DNA of 64,000 nucleotides from Verrucomicrobiia bacterium (GTDB lineage Bacteria; Verrucomicrobiota; Verrucomicrobiia; Limisphaerales; JADLHS01), in contig JAMLJH010000001.1 in the NCBI GenBank assembly GCA_023953615.1, positions 473,360-537,359 of the forward strand. The letters run 5' to 3'. The notes below the pieces were generated by a model. That model was not told the DNA's origin and did not search any database. It was given only the letters and a program-made list of their open reading frames with translations. Of this stretch, positions 47,936 through 55,635 are shown piece by piece. Position 1 is the first letter of the stretch. Every line of letters starts with the position of its first letter. Position numbers and translations under genes: made by a program.

Positions 47936-47943
47936 TTCCGCTG

Positions 47944-48606
47944 ATGGAAAAACTCCTCGCCGGCGTCCGCAAATTTCACATTCAGGAACAGCGCCAATAC
48001 ACCCAGCTCTTCCGCCGACTTTCGCGCGACGGACAGGACCCGCACACGCTGTTCATCACCTGCTCGGATTCCCGCGTCATCGCCGAATTGATCACCCAAA
48101 GTCAACCGGGCGATCTCTTTGTGGTAAAAAACATTGGTAACATTGTGCCTCCGGCTGATGTCACCGGCAGCACCAACTCCACTGCCGCCGCCATTGAATT
48201 CGCCGTTGCTTTGCTGAACGTCCAGGACGTCGTCGTCTGCGGTCATTCCCAATGCGGCGCCATTGCCGCCCTGCTCCACGGGCTGCCGCCCGAAACTCCC
48301 GAACACTCGAACCTGCACGAATGGCTCGCGCTCGCCGCGCCAGTGCATACCGCGCTGCAAACCCGCTATTCACCCTTGCAAAGCCAGGCCGAACGCGCCG
48401 TCGCCGCCACTGAGGAAAACGTCTTGCTCGCGCTCAAAAATCTCCGCACGTATCCCTGCGTGCAAAAGCGTTTGCATGAAGGCTCCTTGCGCTTGCACGG
48501 TTGGATTTTCCAGATCGCCACCGCCGCGGTACACGCTTACGACCCGGCCCGGGACCAATTCCTGCCCCTGACACCTGAGCCAGCCTCTCCTCCAACCGAT
48601 CATTGA
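47944..48606 (+). CDS. Beta-class carbonic anhydrase
   Basis: Zinc ligand motifs 'FITCSDSRV' and 'VVCGHSQCGA'. Starts 8 nt after purE. Confidence 0.85.
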   Translation: MEKLLAGVRKFHIQEQRQYTQLFRRLSRDGQDPHTLFITCSDSRVIAELITQSQPGDLFVVKNIGNIVPPADVTGSTNSTAAAIEFAVALLNVQDVVVCGHSQCGAIAALLHGLPPETPEHSNLHEWLALAAPVHTALQTRYSPLQSQAERAVAATEENVLLALKNLRTYPCVQKRLHEGSLRLHGWIFQIATAAVHAYDPARDQFLPLTPEPASPPTDH

Positions 48607-48943
48607 GATAACGTGGATGGTTCACAGTCGTGGCTTCAACAAAGGCAAGCCAGTCCGAAATCGAAACCAAGCCGAGCAGCAAATTCGCCGGCATGAAGCG
48701 ATACCGGTCGTCAATTTGATACCACCGCTAGGCTTGAAACTGAGAGGCCCGCCGCCGCGCGACGCCGGCTACACCTGCTTAAAACGCGCTAAATCCTGCG
48801 CTTTGCATGTCTTCACGATTCTACTAATGTGAATCCATTAGTGCAAAATAACGGAAATACAACAAACACCACCCCCAACCAATCCGGTGGTTACAAGCTC
48901 ATACTCGAACAAGTACGACAACTCTAACCCCCGCAGCCGCGGC

Positions 48944-49861
48944 ATGCTAAAGGATCAATCATACTGGTTGCACAAGCTTGCCACGCTCAAGATTGATCGC
49001 GCCAGTGGCGACCCAGCGCCCCACAAACCATTTCTGCTTTTGATGGTTCTCGAAATGGCGGATCGAGGAGAAATCAGCTCTCCCGAGTTGCCGCTGTCGC
49101 CCGACTTGGCCTACCGCTTCAGCTTGTTCAACCAAGTGATTGCTGATCGGAGGCGACCGCCTTTGGAACTGCGTTTGCCATTTCATCATCTCAAGACTTC
49201 CGGAATCTGGCAGCCGCTCATGGCCGACGGCAACCCGTCGCCTGATCGGAAGCTCACAGTCAAGGTTCGTTTTGATCCTGATTTTTTCGCATGCCTGAAA
49301 GACGCGGCATTCCGGGAGAAAGCCAAGATGGTACTGATCAAAACGCCACCATACTTCCTGAACGACGAGCGCACCGCGCTACGGAGTATGCTGCGGATTG
49401 AACCAACGACCGCCGCGGCCAAGCTCAAGGATTCCGGACCGCTTTACACTGCGCCAGTTGAGCGCGGTCGCGACGCACGCTTCCGCATTGAGGTCGTGGT
49501 TGTTGCTTACAGACACACATGCGCGTTGACGGGCTTCCGAATGACCACGCTTGGCAAGAGCAGGATGGAGAGCATCGTGGACGCCGCGCACATTCATGAG
49601 TTTCGCGACAGCCGGAACAATGACCCGCGCAACGGGCTTGCCTTGTGCAAGAATGCTCACTGGCAATTTGATCGCGGCTTGTGGTCAATCACGGACGACT
49701 TTCGAGTCATTGTGAACCGGGAGAAATTCCTGGAAGAAGGCATCGCGGGTCAACGACTGGCAGATTTTGAGGGCCACAGGCTTTTCTTGCCCAGTGATCC
49801 GAAGTATTGGCCTGATTCCACTTACCTGAACTGGCATCGGGAGCAACGCCTTCCCGTTTAG
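48944..49861 (+). CDS. Solitary HNH_2-domain nuclease with an N-terminal sensor-like domain (candidate modification-dependent, type IV-like restriction enzyme)
   Basis: C-terminal 'YRHTCALTGFRM...IVDAAHIHEF...NGLALCKNAHWQFDRGLW' is the HNH_2 (COG3440-type) pattern. N-terminal 'GDPAPHKPFLLLMVLEM..LPFHHLKTSGIWQP' recalls, from memory, the DNA-modification-reading domains fused to such nucleases. Confidence 0.6.
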   Translation: MLKDQSYWLHKLATLKIDRASGDPAPHKPFLLLMVLEMADRGEISSPELPLSPDLAYRFSLFNQVIADRRRPPLELRLPFHHLKTSGIWQPLMADGNPSPDRKLTVKVRFDPDFFACLKDAAFREKAKMVLIKTPPYFLNDERTALRSMLRIEPTTAAAKLKDSGPLYTAPVERGRDARFRIEVVVVAYRHTCALTGFRMTTLGKSRMESIVDAAHIHEFRDSRNNDPRNGLALCKNAHWQFDRGLWSITDDFRVIVNREKFLEEGIAGQRLADFEGHRLFLPSDPKYWPDSTYLNWHREQRLPV

Positions 49862-49924
49862 CCAATCTGCAAGTCACCGGACCGGCCCGGCAGTTCTGGA
49901 AGGATGGAGGGAAATAGCGGAGCA

Positions 49925-49979
49925 AACCGCGAAACACACGAAATACACGAACTCCTATTTTTGCGTGTTTGGCGCGGTT
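49925..49979. repeat. Imperfect hairpin element containing copy 2 of the dispersed 20-mer
   Basis: Arm 'aaccgcgaaacacacg' (49925-49940) and arm 'cgtgtttggcgcggtt' (49964-49979) pair over 7 + 5 bp around a 4-nt mismatch, with a 23-nt loop. Confidence 0.65.
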
Positions 49980-50038
49980 CGAGGTTCAAGTCCTGAGCGT
50001 TCCCAATCCGCGTAGATGCTCAAGGAAAACGCGTTGAA

Positions 50039-50284
50039 TCAGGCCGCCACCAGCGGACGCACGCAGCAAACTTCGTCTTCGCGGAGCGGGGCGAGGGAGG
50101 ATTCCGGGACGGTGATGACGGCGATGGAGTCGCCCAGCGCATTGAACACCTCGGCACTGTAGCCATCCTCCTGGTCGGAGCGACCGGGATGGTGTTCGAC
50201 CAGTTTGACGATGTCGCCACGCTTGAGCCGTTCCGTCGGCAGGTCGCGGGTGAGCACCATGTCTTTGTAGAGTTCAAACTTCAT
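50039..50284 (-). CDS. DUF4926-domain small protein
   Basis: 81 aa from the ATG at 50284: 'MKFELYKDMVLTRDLPTERLKRGDIVKLVEHH....GYSAEVFNALGDSIAVITV' matches the DUF4926 pattern as I remember it. Confidence 0.6.
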   Translation of the reverse strand: MKFELYKDMVLTRDLPTERLKRGDIVKLVEHHPGRSDQEDGYSAEVFNALGDSIAVITVPESSLAPLREDEVCCVRPLVAA

Positions 50285-50653
50285 TGCGTTTTTTGCTTGT
50301 CCGGCAGCAAGGTAACAAACTTGGTCACACCCGACAAGTGCTCGGTCATCCAGATTGTCCGGATTGGCTTTGAGCGCCGCATGAATCGCCGCGTTGTTGC
50401 TCTCCGTGGCGCAGGAGGTGAAAAGGACCTCACGCCCGTCCGCCCCAATCAGTTCGGCGATTTGTTCTCGCGCCGCTTCGATCGCCCCTTTCAATTTTGC
50501 GCCAAATTTATAGCTGCTGGATGGATTACCCCATTCCGTAGTCAGGTACGGCAACATTGCCTCCAGCACCTTCGGAGCAATGGACCTCGTGGCATTATGG
50601 TCCAGGTAAATCACTTCGGATCGGATGGTAGTCTGCGCTCCCGTAATCAGCAA
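50285..50653 (-). pseudogene. 5' fragment (~100 codons) of a NifS/IscS-type cysteine desulfurase, truncated and running in-frame into the DUF4926 ORF
   Basis: 'IYLDHNATRSIAPKVLEAMLPYLTTEWGNPSSSYKFGAKLKGAIEAAREQIAELIGADGREVLFTSCATESNNAAI' is the typical class V aminotransferase N-terminus. The PLP-Lys and catalytic Cys regions are absent. Confidence 0.7.
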
Positions 50654-50719
50654 GGGACAGCATTGCGGCGCGGCATTCAGGCTTGTGAAGATGCGAGGCT
50701 CGTGACACTGTTTTGCACA

Positions 50720-52354
50720 ATGAAATTGCGATGCGTCTGGCCAATCGCGCCAGTAATTCTTTTCCTAATCAGCAGCCTTCTAAAATCCGCGGCGGGAACG
50801 ATCACCATCGCGCCAACGCCCATCCTCAACACGGTGCTAACGAGCAACGTCACGTATGAGGTTGAATTCTCCACCAACGGGACAACCTGGCTGGCTTCCG
50901 GCGTCCTGGTGACCGGCAACGGCGAGGCAAACTCAATCCGGCTGGACACCTTTCCGGAACACGCGAGTTACCGGCTGACTCCGGTTGGCTCCGGCGCCGC
51001 CGTCGTCCCGGCAGTTTCAACCGGTTGGCATCTCCAGGCGGCATTCCCCGGCGCGAGCGAATTGCGCCTCGAAGCCTCGCCACTGGTAGATGAAGCAACT
51101 TGGACGCACCGCGCCTTTGTCTTCACGAACTTACAGGGAGCGTTCGTTCATCCACTGACACTGCCACTCACCGGCAGCGAGTTCTTCCGTGCAGTACAAC
51201 CCGCCGCACCGCTGCAATTGGCCTCCTTGACCAGCTACCCGGTCAATCTCAATGCGACGCTCTCGGGCTACGGCGTGGTGTTGGGTGAAATGCCGCAATT
51301 ATATCGGGACGGTTACGTCGCTGCGGTGTGTGCGGCGGTTTACAATCGCGACGGCGTCAACGCGGCCGCTGCGGGTGAATGTTATGAATTAGTCGGGACG
51401 CGCGGTCAGACCACCGTCATGGTGGCCGACCTGGCTTTTGACACGCCAGCGGGCACATGTGATGTCGGCCGCCCCTTCTTCGACCTCGGCACCGCGGCGT
51501 TCACGAACCTTTTCGGCCCCGGCGATGGTTACGGAATCGCGACGTATCGGCTGGTGCCGGCCCCGGTCACGGGCAACCTCAAAATGATTTGCACCCTGAA
51601 CTCGGGCGGCTATTACGTCACCTTTCGCCCCTACAATCATCGCGCGGGTATCAGCAAACTCGAGTTACAACCAACGGCCAACGGACCTTGGATCGAGCTG
51701 TCTCGGGACACTGCTAACAACTTCGTTTACAGCTTGACTCCTCCCCTCAGCGTTCCGTTTAACGCGCGCATCACCAGCCGATTTGGTGAAGTGGTGACGT
51801 TCCCGACGATTACCTCCCTGAACACCGACGATAAAATCACCGCGAATGGTCAGTTCGCCATTTTCCCCGATCAGGGGCCATCACCCGTGTGGATGCTTCC
51901 TCCGGTGTACACTGAGGGACTCACGAACATCTTTGGCGCTCAGTGGACCACCACAACAAGCGGCGGACTGAGCGTCACCCCGGCCTACTCCGGAAGCGCC
52001 TATCAAGGCAACTACAGCCTGCGAATCGCCAACTTCGTTGGTTACAGCCAATTAAGTCTGTTCAGCCTGCTTAAGTTTCCCAAACCTCCAGGTGGTTACT
52101 TGGAATTTGCCATTCGTTCCGAGGGCGCCGTGATCAATGGCCTGACGCTCAGAATCAGAGGTTCCAGTGCGAGCGGCGCGACGGCTTGGTCAGCCCTCAT
52201 GCCCCTGCCGGCGGTCAACAACACCTGGCGCGTATTTCACATTCCTTTGGACCTGAACGACGTGCCGGCACAAATTGACACCATTCAATTGAGCAACTCG
52301 ACCAGCTCAACTTTGCCTTCCGTTAATCTCGATTCGATTGCTTTCCGTTGGTGA
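50720..52354 (+). CDS. Secreted expansin-like protein (EXLX-type D1 and D2 domains) flanked by 'FYRL'-type modules and a C-terminal CBM-like domain
   Basis: Signal peptide from the ATG at 50720 ('MKLRCVWPIAPVILFLISSLL'). nt ~51257-51800 encode 'AGECYELVGTRGQTTVMVADL....FFDLGTAAF..L......YGIATYRLVPAPVTGNL....LNSGGYYVTFRPYNHRAGISKLEL..' which aligns by eye with Bacillus EXLX1 ('GSYLEVEGPKGKTTVYVTDL..ALDLSPNAF..INIKWRVVKAPITGNF'). Confidence 0.6.
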   Translation: MKLRCVWPIAPVILFLISSLLKSAAGTITIAPTPILNTVLTSNVTYEVEFSTNGTTWLASGVLVTGNGEANSIRLDTFPEHASYRLTPVGSGAAVVPAVSTGWHLQAAFPGASELRLEASPLVDEATWTHRAFVFTNLQGAFVHPLTLPLTGSEFFRAVQPAAPLQLASLTSYPVNLNATLSGYGVVLGEMPQLYRDGYVAAVCAAVYNRDGVNAAAAGECYELVGTRGQTTVMVADLAFDTPAGTCDVGRPFFDLGTAAFTNLFGPGDGYGIATYRLVPAPVTGNLKMICTLNSGGYYVTFRPYNHRAGISKLELQPTANGPWIELSRDTANNFVYSLTPPLSVPFNARITSRFGEVVTFPTITSLNTDDKITANGQFAIFPDQGPSPVWMLPPVYTEGLTNIFGAQWTTTTSGGLSVTPAYSGSAYQGNYSLRIANFVGYSQLSLFSLLKFPKPPGGYLEFAIRSEGAVINGLTLRIRGSSASGATAWSALMPLPAVNNTWRVFHIPLDLNDVPAQIDTIQLSNSTSSTLPSVNLDSIAFRW

Positions 52355-52521
52355 GAAACAGTTGAAGTTGGCGACGAATTCCCCTGAGTGGAAATCACCA
52401 GCTTGTAACAAACTTACAGCAGTTCGATGCGATGATTTGCGCTGACGCTGATTGAGATTGGAATTACGTCAAACCTGAGATTCTCCCGGCTGCCGGGCTA
52501 CCAGACATCCGCCCTGACCGT

Positions 52522-53190
52522 TCACCAATCGGAAGAATCATCCTCGGTTTCCGCGTGCCCCCAACGGGAGACTTTGGCCCATTCGCGCTCGTAACCGTCA
52601 CAGGTAACCTGGTAGGCCGGGCACAACGGGCAGCCATCGCCGCGGATGATTTCCACATTGGGCGTGGGCGGATAACGTCGCATCAGATCCTCCGCCGTAA
52701 ACCGCACCTTCATCTCCTTGGAAGTCAGACCACGCGACGGCAATTCGGTGATGCCGGCGTCCCGCAGACAAATCTCGCCTTCGATAAACAACACCGAATT
52801 TTCCGCGTCAATGTGGTGTTGCATCGCCTCAATGTATTGCTCGGTGGCGGCGCGGAGTCGGATCTGCTCCGCCGGGGACAACGACCGCTGTTCGACCCAC
52901 TGCTGAAGTTGATCCAGGAGGACCCGGAATTTGCGGTGATCATCCGTCATGACGGCAATCGGGCCGCGATCGCCGGGAAGCTGGAGCCGGTTGACCAGGA
53001 CCGCGAACAACACTTCCTCTTCCCGGGCATGGTGGAATTCATCGGCAATGACGCGAAAAAAAGTGATGAACCGCGACAGGTCCTTCGGACGCGCCTGGCC
53101 CCCGATGAGTTGAATCACCGCCGTCCGAAAGGAATCCAGCATCTGGTCAATCAAATCGTGCTCGGCGCGCAAGTCTTTCAGCAATTTCAT
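52522..53190 (-). CDS. Hemerythrin (HHE cation-binding) domain protein with a Cys-containing C-terminal extension
   Basis: From the ATG at 53190: 'MKLLKDLRAEHDLI..', 'FHHAREEEVLF', 'MTDDHRKF', 'HHIDAENSVLF' are His/Glu ligand motifs. The tail contains 'GDGCPLCPAYQVTCDG'. Confidence 0.65.
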   Translation of the reverse strand: MKLLKDLRAEHDLIDQMLDSFRTAVIQLIGGQARPKDLSRFITFFRVIADEFHHAREEEVLFAVLVNRLQLPGDRGPIAVMTDDHRKFRVLLDQLQQWVEQRSLSPAEQIRLRAATEQYIEAMQHHIDAENSVLFIEGEICLRDAGITELPSRGLTSKEMKVRFTAEDLMRRYPPTPNVEIIRGDGCPLCPAYQVTCDGYEREWAKVSRWGHAETEDDSSDW

Positions 53191-53297
53191 GGTAGCAAAA
53201 TGACAGGTGCGCGGACGGGAATCAATGCCGCTATCAGCCACATACTCAGGAACACTCAAATCAGTCTCGCACGAGCGGCGACGATAGTTCACGTAGA

Positions 53298-54302
53298 TTA
53301 CGTGAGATGTTTTCGTTGCCAACCGCGCAACTCTTGACCAAGGACGAGATAATCGAGGTCTGGGTAATGAGCACGCCGAGCAGGCAAAAGAATGTGGTCA
53401 CGCAAACTCGCCTTGAATTCAGCCGCACCGCCATCCCAACCAATCGAATGAAGTTCAGACATTCGCCGTTCGTTGAGGACAAGTGAATAGTCACGTTTGA
53501 TTCCAAGGAGACCGTTGTCAAATGCGCGGTGATGCAGTGTACTCAGGCACAGTCCGTTTTTCAGTTCGTCTGTCCCGCACTCATGATCAACTGGGATGAT
53601 GTGTGCTGCGTCCACCAAATCAAGTTGCATTCCACTGACTGCGCAGCGGTTGCCATAGGCGGCGAGGACGTTCCGACGGAAGCGAGCATCGCGCACCTTG
53701 CGGTTAATTTGTTGCAACACTGTTTTTCTAGGTCCTGCTGGGATGTCCCTAATTTCCTGTTCAATATCTGTGTTGGCGATTCTTTTAAGCTGTCGAAGAT
53801 CTTCGGGCTGTTGCGCCGTTCTATGTAATTCTTCGAGTTCTTGAGCGTAGGCCGCAAAGAAATCAGGGCGAAACGCGATGACGATTTCCTGATTATCGCG
53901 AGTCTGCGGAAAGAACGCCTTGGCTCTGGCCTCATTGACTGTTTCACGCCTCACTTGCAGAGACGGCGAACGCCCCTCCATTGAAATGAGGTGTTTAGTC
54001 ACGTCGAAGCCCGCAAACATCTGCTCATCTTGTTCCCAGCCAAGAAGTAACGTCTTTGCTCCTTCTTCCACACGAAAGCGGTCAACGCCGGTAATTTGGA
54101 TTCGCAATTCGTTCGGGTTTCGCGGATAGCCGCCGTGCGTCATGTTCCAGATGTAACAGAGGACGACAACTCTCTGTTCGCCACAAAACAGTGATAGCTT
54201 GAATGGATGTGCGACCGAGAGAACGATTGCGTTCCAGCCGGAAAGCTTGATTGCTGCGAGGATTCGCTGAAGCAAGTCGGATTTACTGATGCGAGTGGCC
54301 AT
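53298..54302 (-). CDS. Restriction endonuclease candidate: unrecognised N-terminal domain plus C-terminal HNH_2 nuclease
   Basis: Starts 9 nt downstream of the methyltransferase stop on the same strand. C-terminal 'YGNRCAVSGMQLDLVDAAHIIPVDH....NGLCLSTLHHRAFDNGLLGI'. I do not recognise the N-terminal 'VVVLCYIWNMTHGGYPRNPNELRIQITG'. Confidence 0.6.
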   Translation of the reverse strand: MATRISKSDLLQRILAAIKLSGWNAIVLSVAHPFKLSLFCGEQRVVVLCYIWNMTHGGYPRNPNELRIQITGVDRFRVEEGAKTLLLGWEQDEQMFAGFDVTKHLISMEGRSPSLQVRRETVNEARAKAFFPQTRDNQEIVIAFRPDFFAAYAQELEELHRTAQQPEDLRQLKRIANTDIEQEIRDIPAGPRKTVLQQINRKVRDARFRRNVLAAYGNRCAVSGMQLDLVDAAHIIPVDHECGTDELKNGLCLSTLHHRAFDNGLLGIKRDYSLVLNERRMSELHSIGWDGGAAEFKASLRDHILLPARRAHYPDLDYLVLGQELRGWQRKHLT

Positions 54303-54311
54303 ACTCGAAAC

Positions 54312-55499
54312 TCACTTACCCTTGCCTTTTTGCCGTTTCGAAGCGCGCGGGTAGGTTTCCAGAAAAGCCATCTGCGTCGGCTTGAGTGCGGCACGTGGCA
54401 CTTTTGCAGCCGATTGTTTCCGGTCATTTTTCCTGACAGTGCGCTTCGCACCGCCATCCGTTGGCAGCGGCTCGTCGTCTTCGACGCCGTTCCACAAAAG
54501 GCCGGGTTTCACTGCACGATACGAATCGTCACCGTTTGACTTCTGCGGTTTTGCAGCCGAATACTTTTTAAGTTCTCCGCGCTGGAAGCGACCGAGAGCA
54601 CCTTTCAGATAATCTTCAACCAAATCGCAGCAAATCCACTCGCGCCGCGTCCGCTCCGCCGCTTCGCCCGTCGCACCGCTGCCGCAAAACGGATCAACCA
54701 CCAAGTCGCCAACCTCGGTCAACATGCGTATGAAGAACTCCGGAATTTCAGTTGGGAAGCGTGCCGGGTGCGGAGTGATTCCGTTGTTGCGACAGTAGCG
54801 GATATAAGCCGAGTTGCTTTCCGTGTGAGCCAAAGCGATCAAGTTCGGCGGAATCGCCGCACCGTTGTCCGTGCCGAAGCGATCAGAAATGTCATGGCCC
54901 GATGGGCGAAGTTTTGGCGTGTAGCCTTTTTTTAAGAGCACCTTCATGCTGTCGGAGTAGGGCTGAAGCACACGGCGGTTGCTCGCTTTCGGCCACGGTG
55001 TTGGTGATAGCCACCAAATGCAATTGATCGCATCCTTCACCCGAATACGCCGGACCGTTACCCACTCGGCGGGCGTTGGCAAACGCGCTGGATTCCACCA
55101 GAAAAATTCCTGCGCCAGATGAAATCCGAATTCCTTGCACAGCATGATAAGCAGTTCGTAGTGGTAAAGACTGCGCGTCGGCTGCCCCGAAATCCATGCG
55201 CCGCCGATATCAATGACGAGCGAACCCTGTGGCCTCAGTGCTTTATGGAACGCTGCTGCGAAAGGGCGAAACCATTCCAAATATTCGTCTGCGTCCGCGT
55301 TACCGTAATCCTTCTTGCGCACTAGGCCGAATGGCGGACTGGTCATGATGAGATCAACGGACTGTTCCTCGACTTTATCATGAAACATCGCCAGCGAATC
55401 GCCGAGGAAAATTCGTCCAAGCACCGTCTCGTGAAAGAGTTTTACGGTGGTCTCGGCGGCTTTCTGTGGCGCAATCGGCATCTGGGTGATTCTTATCAT
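54312..55499 (-). CDS. Beta-class N4-cytosine/N6-adenine DNA methyltransferase (SPPF type) with a long basic C-terminal tail
   Basis: Motif IV 'DLIMTSPPF' precedes motif I 'VVDPFCGSGATG', and 'HPARFPTEIPEFFIRMLT' is present. The last ~110 aa are rich in K, R, A and P. The first ATG is at 55499; the ORF track start at 55517 is TTG. Confidence 0.8.
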   Translation of the reverse strand: MIRITQMPIAPQKAAETTVKLFHETVLGRIFLGDSLAMFHDKVEEQSVDLIMTSPPFGLVRKKDYGNADADEYLEWFRPFAAAFHKALRPQGSLVIDIGGAWISGQPTRSLYHYELLIMLCKEFGFHLAQEFFWWNPARLPTPAEWVTVRRIRVKDAINCIWWLSPTPWPKASNRRVLQPYSDSMKVLLKKGYTPKLRPSGHDISDRFGTDNGAAIPPNLIALAHTESNSAYIRYCRNNGITPHPARFPTEIPEFFIRMLTEVGDLVVDPFCGSGATGEAAERTRREWICCDLVEDYLKGALGRFQRGELKKYSAAKPQKSNGDDSYRAVKPGLLWNGVEDDEPLPTDGGAKRTVRKNDRKQSAAKVPRAALKPTQMAFLETYPRASKRQKGKGK

Positions 55500-55579
55500 T
55501 TTCAAGACCTTGAGCAATCATATTGACAGCCCACAGCCGATTGCTGGGAGTATTCAATCAGATAATCTTTGCGCTGAAA

Positions 55580-55612
55580 CCAAAAAGGCGAACGGTGGTC
55601 CGCCCGCCTTTC
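55580..55612 (-). terminator. Intrinsic terminator after ahcY
   Basis: On the minus strand: AAAGGCG..(14 nt)..CGCCUUU followed by UUGGUUU. It sits 24 nt past the ahcY stop. Confidence 0.7.
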
Positions 55613-55635
55613 GTTATTTTAGATTTTGAGTTCGC

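Noticed and set aside
49971-50000. tRNA-like T-arm ('GGTTCGAGGTTCAAGTCC'), a possible att remnant at the island.
   Set aside because: The flanking bases do not form a 5-bp T-stem or an acceptor stem. No matching second copy was found at the other island border.
50189-50719. 177-codon N-terminal extension of the expansin-like ORF.
   Set aside because: The extension is antisense to the DUF4926/nifS-fragment region and has no signal peptide. The internal ATG at 50720 gives a canonical signal peptide.
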